Of a DNA stretch of 11,516 bases, positions 6,726 to 11,516 are shown in pieces (the first letter of the stretch is position 1; each line of letters starts with the position of its first letter). This DNA comes from an uncultured Nitrososphaerota archaeon (lineage in GTDB: Archaea; Thermoproteota; EX4484-205; JAAOZO01). The translations under genes were made by a program, and so were the position numbers. The DNA lies in NCBI GenBank assembly GCA_964408285.1, contig CAYOYV010000013.1, forward strand, positions 1-11,516, read 5' to 3'. Below the pieces are notes generated by a model that saw only the letters and a list, made by a program, of their open reading frames with translations, did no database searches and had not been told where the DNA came from.

Positions 6726-7937
6726 TCACTTTCTGCCTGCAGCCACTATCTTTATGACATCCCTGTCCCTGAGGACATAACTCTCTGGAAGCCTCAATCC
6801 CGTTCTGACATCCATGGCGAAAATAAAGGTCCTTGCCAGTTCGCTGTGGATTCTTCTTGCCAAGGCCTCAGTCGATGAGCTCGGTGCCATAAGATAGGCA
6901 TCTGGCAATATGTTCCCATGTTTGTCAGAGTACTTCCTCTCATCAGAGACGGGATAGATGACATTCATGCCGAGTAGCTTGAAGATTGCGAAATTTATCG
7001 CAAATTGAACGCCGGTCCTCAGCCACTTCTCTATGACCTTATCAGAAACATATGAGAGAGCCATCTTTTGCCTATCGCTGAGCTTCTGCTCATTGACAAT
7101 CTCGAATTTCTCCTCTCCTGGGACATATCTTATCAACCCAGCTTTCTCCGCCCTTCGTAATGCCAATTCAGCGTCCGCTGAGCAGGGCACAATGAACCTA
7201 CTTCCCAATTTCCTCATGAGTTCAGTGTAGTTCCTCTCAGCGGAAGGCAGGTCCATCTTGTTCGCCACTATGAGGGTAGGCTTTGCCTTGGATCTTAGGA
7301 CGGAGGCGAATCTCTCCAGATCGTTGTCACTCCATCTGGAGAATTCCCTTTCCGCAAGTTCACTAGCCTCCAGCGATTCGCTTATCGTTCTTCTGTCTAT
7401 CTTTGCACCTGAAAGAACGGATTCTAGAGCGGTAGGCAGATCCAGCTTCTTAGACCTGGTCAATCGAACCACTCTCTTATTCTTCTGCTCCAAGAACTTC
7501 TTGAACCATAAAACAAGCTCCTTCTCAGTCTCATCATAGTCCCGGATGGGATCTCCCTTTCCGGGTTCACATATCTTGCCATCTTGGTCAACACTCCCGG
7601 AAGCGTCAACCACATGGAGCAGGACATCCGAGGTCATGGCAACCCTCAGGAACTGGATACCTAGTCCCCGTCCAAGGTGAGCACCTTCTATCAATCCGGG
7701 AAGATCCATTATCTGGAGAGGTATGAATCTCCAGCCCTCTATGCATGCGGAATTCTTGGGCTTGTCCTTAACGCCGAACTCCCTACACACGCAGGGAGTC
7801 TGAACGTAGGCCATCCCGTAGGCAGGTGATTTGGTTGTGAATGGATATGTGGATATTTTCGCGTTCAACAAAGTCGCGGCGTTGAAGAATGTGGTCTTGC
7901 CCACGTTTGTCTTTCCTACTATTCCTATCCTCACCAA
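6726..7937 (-). CDS. ychF: Archaeal Obg/YchF-family translation-associated GTPase with C-terminal TGS-like domain
   Basis: G1 GKTNVGKTT, G2 YPFTT, G3 DLPGL, 'GA..G.GLG..FL', G4 NKMD, archaeal insert 'PCVCREFGV..KPKNS.CI.G.RFIP', and C-terminal 'G.ILPDAYL...LA..IH.ELA..F..A.D.RT...L...Y.L...DVIKIV'. Start TTG 7937 or GTG 7934. Confidence 0.93.
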   Translation of the reverse strand: MVRIGIVGKTNVGKTTFFNAATLLNAKISTYPFTTKSPAYGMAYVQTPCVCREFGVKDKPKNSACIEGWRFIPLQIMDLPGLIEGAHLGRGLGIQFLRVAMTSDVLLHVVDASGSVDQDGKICEPGKGDPIRDYDETEKELVLWFKKFLEQKNKRVVRLTRSKKLDLPTALESVLSGAKIDRRTISESLEASELAEREFSRWSDNDLERFASVLRSKAKPTLIVANKMDLPSAERNYTELMRKLGSRFIVPCSADAELALRRAEKAGLIRYVPGEEKFEIVNEQKLSDRQKMALSYVSDKVIEKWLRTGVQFAINFAIFKLLGMNVIYPVSDERKYSDKHGNILPDAYLMAPSSSTEALARRIHSELARTFIFAMDVRTGLRLPESYVLRDRDVIKIVAAGRK

Positions 7938-7963
7938 ATTCCTGTTAAGTATATCTTTCGATG

Positions 7964-7972
7964 AATATAAAG
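7964..7972 (-). promoter_or_regulatory. Putative TATA box of the GTPase gene
   Basis: Minus strand CTTTATATT, ending 26 nt upstream of TTG 7937. Confidence 0.6.
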
Positions 7973-8035
7973 CAACAGCTTCCAGTAATCATATTCTCCA
8001 TTCACTCAAACAGGAGCAATAGATGATGGCATTTG

Positions 8036-8050
8036 GCTAAGCTTATTAGC
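8036..8050 (+). promoter_or_regulatory. Putative TATA box of the UroD-like gene, embedded in a GCTAA-N5-TTAGC inverted repeat
   Basis: GCTAAGCTTATTAGC; TTATTAGC (8043-8050) ends 23 nt before ATG 8074. Confidence 0.5.
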
Positions 8051-8073
8051 ACGACATGCGCTGGACTGGTACG

Positions 8074-9150
8074 ATGAACTCAAGGGAGAGATTCAAGGCA
8101 GTGATGAACTACCAATCAGTCGATAGGAAACCCTTCTATGAGTGGCTTGGATTTTGGGCAGAGACTGTAAACAGATGGTACGGAGAAGGCTTGCCAATAG
8201 GGATGAGCATTTGGGACTATTTTGATTTCGATGAAAGAGAAAATGTTCCGATAGATCTTGGGCCAATACCGAGATTCATCCCGAGAGTTGTTGAGGAAGA
8301 CAGCAGATACAAAGTAACAATAGACGATCACGGGACCAAGGCCAAAGCCCTGAAAACAGGGGTTTCAATGCCCGCCTACATAGACTTCCCCGTCAAGGGA
8401 AGAAGTGAATGGGAGCAGATCAAGAAGCGATACGATCCCTCCGATAAGAGGAGATACCCGATGACATGGAGCAAGGAATTGATAGACTACTATCAGAGCC
8501 TCGATAAGCCAGTTGGGATTGGCCTTATCGGATTCTTCGGAGAAACTCGGCGTTGGATGGGACTTGAAACATTGCTCAGATCTTTCCACAAGGATCCCGG
8601 CCTAATTAGAGATATGATGGATTTCTGGACTGATTTTCAGATAGAAGCCTTGTCAGAAGCTGTTGAGTCGGTGGAGATAGACTATGCCACTATATGGGAA
8701 GACATGGCCTACGTGAATGGTCCGTTGATATCGCCGAGATTCTTCAGGGAATTCATGGTGCCACCGTACAGGAAGACGACGGATTTCCTTCGGAAGAACG
8801 GGATCAACATCATAATGGTAGATACTGATGGAGACCACAATCTTCTGACACCGTTTTTCATTGAAGGAGGTGTCAACTGCCTCTATCCATTAGAGGTCCA
8901 GTCGCACATGGACGCGATAAGCATGAGGAAGAAATATGGAAGGGAATTGCGGCTCATAGCTAATGTGGACAAGAAGGCATTGGCGTCAGGACCCGAGTCA
9001 GCTGCGAAGGAGATCGAACGCATAAGACCCCTAATTGAGGAGGGCGGCTTCATTGCGAGCGTCGATCATGCAGTGCCATCGGACGTCTCCTTCGTGAATT
9101 ACACTTACTATGTGGATCTCTTGAGGAAGGAAGTTGGGGTCACTTCTTAA
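8074..9150 (+). CDS. Uroporphyrinogen decarboxylase (URO-D)/MtaA-CmuA superfamily protein, function unknown
   Basis: Typical N-terminus 'MNSRERF.A.M.YQ.VDR.P', plus 'R.WMGLE.LL', 'EDMAY..GPLISP..FREF..P.Y', 'DTDG', 'P.E', 'GGFI...DH.VP.DV...NY'. ATG 8074 preferred over 8056 because of the family N-terminus and TATA spacing. Lacks the HemE RQAGR motif. Confidence 0.88.
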   Translation: MNSRERFKAVMNYQSVDRKPFYEWLGFWAETVNRWYGEGLPIGMSIWDYFDFDERENVPIDLGPIPRFIPRVVEEDSRYKVTIDDHGTKAKALKTGVSMPAYIDFPVKGRSEWEQIKKRYDPSDKRRYPMTWSKELIDYYQSLDKPVGIGLIGFFGETRRWMGLETLLRSFHKDPGLIRDMMDFWTDFQIEALSEAVESVEIDYATIWEDMAYVNGPLISPRFFREFMVPPYRKTTDFLRKNGINIIMVDTDGDHNLLTPFFIEGGVNCLYPLEVQSHMDAISMRKKYGRELRLIANVDKKALASGPESAAKEIERIRPLIEEGGFIASVDHAVPSDVSFVNYTYYVDLLRKEVGVTS

Positions 9151-9214
9151 TCCTTCGAGCCCAGTTGAAGAAGAATCTGGAAGACATATACGTAGCTCCC
9201 GCTTAATCCTGAGG

Positions 9215-9961
9215 CTAGATTCCGAATAGCTTTTTCGCATTCGTATAGAATATCGCTTCCTTTGCTTCTTCAGATATCTCCGCTTCTGTTACCATGCCCA
9301 CAGCGAAATCAGGGGCTATGAGAGTCATATCGCTGCCGAATAATATTCTATCACAGCCCATCGCATCTACGGCTTCCTTTATTCTGTCCTTGTGCAGATC
9401 GCTCCCACATATTTCTAGGTAGACATTGTCTAATTTCCTTGCCGCTCCGATTGCAGCCCTCCAACCCTGACCATTGAGTCCGTCTCCTCCCATGTGGCCC
9501 ATGATTACGAAAAGGTCTGGGAAAGTCTCAGCGACTGCTGAGCTGGCCCTAACCCCCTGTTCCCCCCAGGTGTGTAGGAGGACAACCCTCCTTTTCTTCC
9601 TAGCTAAGTCGAGAAGATGAATGTTCGTCTCGCATGAGACCGGTTGGGCACTGTAATCCGGATGGATCTTCATGCCGAGGAATTTGGGATTCGAGAGGCA
9701 TTCCAAGATCATTTTCTCAGATAGCTCCGGATAGTTTGGATTCAGCACAACGTAGCCATAATAGTCGGGATTCATGTCGATGAGAAAGCCCAGCGCCCTG
9801 TTGCCCTCAACGAGGTCATAGACTATTGCGAGAGTTGAGGAGAATATCACTTTTTCAATCTTGTATTTGGCCGCGATTCTCATGATATCGTGCTCCTTTG
9901 TGGCCCTTATCGGAAAAAACCATTCGCCATAATGCGCGTGAGCATCAATGATTCTCATCAC
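9215..9961 (-). CDS. Amidohydrolase_2-family TIM-barrel metallohydrolase (metal ligands intact)
   Basis: 'IIDAHAH', 'GMKIHP', 'LLHT', 'MGHMG', 'RILFGSD', 'IFYTNAKKLF'. Start (GTG 9961 or ATG 9958) overlaps the upstream TGA; SD GGTGA at 9973-9969. Confidence 0.9.
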   Translation of the reverse strand: MMRIIDAHAHYGEWFFPIRATKEHDIMRIAAKYKIEKVIFSSTLAIVYDLVEGNRALGFLIDMNPDYYGYVVLNPNYPELSEKMILECLSNPKFLGMKIHPDYSAQPVSCETNIHLLDLARKKRRVVLLHTWGEQGVRASSAVAETFPDLFVIMGHMGGDGLNGQGWRAAIGAARKLDNVYLEICGSDLHKDRIKEAVDAMGCDRILFGSDMTLIAPDFAVGMVTEAEISEEAKEAIFYTNAKKLFGI

Positions 9962-10686
9962 TCGAATTTCACCAACCTCCGGATATTACCCGCGAATATG
10001 AGCTCCTTGTCTGGCTGTGATATGTCAGAGTTCATGACCGACAAGAACGGACTCAGGAAGTACGTCAGTGGGGAATTCGAGCCGAACAATAGCCTCTCTG
10101 CTCCCACTTCCTTGCAGAGGACCTCTATGCCATCAGGGCTATCTATAAGGTGAGTTTCGAGAAAGATTCTCTCATTTGCCCTCATTATCGCGATTGCCTC
10201 ACTCATCGTCCAGTATCCTATCGAAGTCAGGATCAGATTGATTGGAAGCCCTGTGGCCAAGTCCGCTATCTTGGTGGCCGCGCCGTAAGTTTGGGCAGTG
10301 ATCATCAGAGGCAGTCCCACTCCCGCAATCTCCCTCATCAGCACCCTTAGAGGCGCAAAGTCCATTGGCCAACCTTGGTATTCGGGAAAGAGCCTTAGCA
10401 TCTTGAACGAAGATCTCCTTAGGTCATCCACCTCGCTGTCATTCCCGAAGTATTTCCTTAGATCGATCGTGGCAACTGGCACTAGTGTCTCGTTTTTTGC
10501 ACAGACTGCAATCGTTTCATTGTTGCCTTCTCTGTAATCATAGAATATGCCCTTCATCGAAAGCGTAAGTGCCCTCTCAACTGTGTTCTTCTTGAGAAGG
10601 GAAACTAGGAATTCTGGTGAGGCGTTGACATTCCTCTTTGGATATGTCCCAAAGAAGGTGTTCGCGTCTATCACACTGAGTGGCAA
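9958..10686 (-). CDS. Amidohydrolase_2-fold protein with degenerate active site (probable non-catalytic subunit)
   Basis: Same fold landmarks ('VIDANT..G', 'RLFP..QGW', 'GAERLLFGSN.P', 'I...DKELIF.GN..RL') but no HxH, K, H, H or D ligands. TTG start with SD GGGAGTGA (10700-10693); overlaps the upstream gene by 16 nt. Confidence 0.85.
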   Translation of the reverse strand: MPLSVIDANTFFGTYPKRNVNASPEFLVSLLKKNTVERALTLSMKGIFYDYREGNNETIAVCAKNETLVPVATIDLRKYFGNDSEVDDLRRSSFKMLRLFPEYQGWPMDFAPLRVLMREIAGVGLPLMITAQTYGAATKIADLATGLPINLILTSIGYWTMSEAIAIMRANERIFLETHLIDSPDGIEVLCKEVGAERLLFGSNSPLTYFLSPFLSVMNSDISQPDKELIFAGNIRRLVKFE

Positions 10687-11516
10687 GCTGACTCACTCCC
10701 TGCTTGTTTGGAATAGAAGGTCGCAACCTTCTTTGTCGCTCGTGCAATGTCTTCTACGTCTGAGTCTTCATAGAACTCGTTTATGGGTAGGGTCAGCAAT
10801 TCCTTAAGTATGCCCTCTGCATTGGGGCAATCCCCCTCTTTATATTCAATCTCCTTGCCATAGAACTTGCAGTCAAAGGGGCAATGAGAATTCCCATAGG
10901 TTCTCTTTTCCTTCAGAATCGGAAAGAGATATAGTGGCTTCTTTATGTATCCACTGCTACAGGGTATCCCCTCGGCCGCCAAAGCCTCCGCGAATTCCTG
11001 CGGCGAGGCCTTGACGAATGACTTGTCCAATGTGAATGGATATAGCCAATAGGAGTGCTTGCTCCCTTCAGTGATGAAGGGAGGAGAAACGCTCTTCACT
11101 TCCTCCAATGATTTGGTCAGAAGCTCTGCGGCATGCCTCCTTCTTTCCACGATGCTCTTGACCTTTCTGAGTTGTGCGAGGCCGACAGCACCTTGGAGTT
11201 CTGTCATCCTGTAGTTCATCGAAAGGAAGAGGTAGCCCCTTTGTTCCCATCCTCCTCCCCTGGGCCAGGCCTTGTCAGAGAACAACCTTGCTCTTTCGGC
11301 GAGGCCAGAGTCGTTCGTAATGGTCACACCACCATCTCCGGCTGTCATCTGCTTTGATTGCTGGAGGCTAAAACAGCCCATGTCACCCATGGTGCCTGCC
11401 AACTTGCCCTTGAACTCTGCGAGGTGAGCTTGCGCCGCATCCTCTATTAGCCATATGTTGCGTTCTTTACAGATCTCACGAAGTTCTTCCATGTTGCCAA
11501 TTCCCCCGAATAAATG
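10671..11516 (-). CDS. DegT/DnrJ/EryC1/StrS-family PLP-dependent aminotransferase; 5' end truncated by the window edge
   Basis: The frame is open to 11516 (HLFGGIGNMEEL...), so the tracked Met at 11492 is internal. Motifs 'HLFG', 'IEDAAQAH', 'FSLQQSKQMTAGDGG' (PLP lysine), 'NYRMTELQGAVG.AQL', 'L.AEGI', 'CPNAE'. Confidence 0.95.
   Translation of the reverse strand, partial: HLFGGIGNMEELREICKERNIWLIEDAAQAHLAEFKGKLAGTMGDMGCFSLQQSKQMTAGDGGVTITNDSGLAERARLFSDKAWPRGGGWEQRGYLFLSMNYRMTELQGAVGLAQLRKVKSIVERRRHAAELLTKSLEEVKSVSPPFITEGSKHSYWLYPFTLDKSFVKASPQEFAEALAAEGIPCSSGYIKKPLYLFPILKEKRTYGNSHCPFDCKFYGKEIEYKEGDCPNAEGILKELLTLPINEFYEDSDVEDIARATKKVATFYSKQAGSESACHSV

Noticed and set aside
8074-9150. Assigning hemE or mtaA/mtbA
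   Set aside because: The diagnostic RQAGR and HxC...C motifs are absent.
9153-9170. Hairpin CTTCGA-N6-TTGAAG after the UroD-like gene as a terminator
   Set aside because: Weak 6-bp stem with a G-U pair and no convincing T tract; insufficient support.
1689-9217. Amber (pyrrolysine) read-through, since 5 of the 10 visible stops are TAG and an MtaA-fold gene is present
   Set aside because: Each TAG falls at the expected family C-terminus. anmK read-through stops after 8 further codons, and the ceramidase and MFS genes are out of frame. Frequent TAG stops argue against recoding.
9958-10686. Calling the degenerate amidohydrolase a pseudogene
   Set aside because: No frameshift or internal stop, full barrel length, strong SD and coupled overlaps on both sides.
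833-11357. Short ORFs overlapping or antisense to the main genes (e.g. 885-1145, 1675-1977, 2320-2682, 3683-4012, 4461-4832, 6318-6653, 7258-7539, 10547-10807)
   Set aside because: Shadow frames of well-supported CDS with no recognisable motifs or independent expression signals.

Overview
Gene-dense archaeal-looking window. Evidence: an archaeal-type Obg/YchF-family GTPase, TATA boxes about 23-31 nt upstream of the first codon of most transcription units, and Shine-Dalgarno motifs mainly at internal operon genes. A Bathyarchaeia/TACK-like heterotroph is an inference only. It contains 11 CDS. From left to right: a truncated NitT/TauT-type ABC substrate-binding protein (missing from the ORF track), a stand-alone ECF S-component-like membrane protein, and a co-oriented anmK -> neutral-ceramidase-like amidohydrolase -> MFS transporter module. 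These are followed by a trans-isoprenyl diphosphate synthase with long-chain signature residues, the YchF-family GTPase and a UroD/MtaA-fold protein lacking the canonical motifs. The window ends with the 3' part of an operon encoding a DegT-family aminotransferase and two coupled amidohydrolase paralogs, one of which has lost all metal ligands. The best candidates for undescribed biology are (i) an archaeal anhydro-sugar/peptidoglycan-scavenging module without murQ/nagA in the window, (ii) the aminotransferase + active/pseudo-enzyme amidohydrolase pair, and (iii) a mirrored 10-bp box upstream of the divergent anmK and prenyl synthase promoters. No rRNA, tRNA, CRISPR array or mobile element was recognised.
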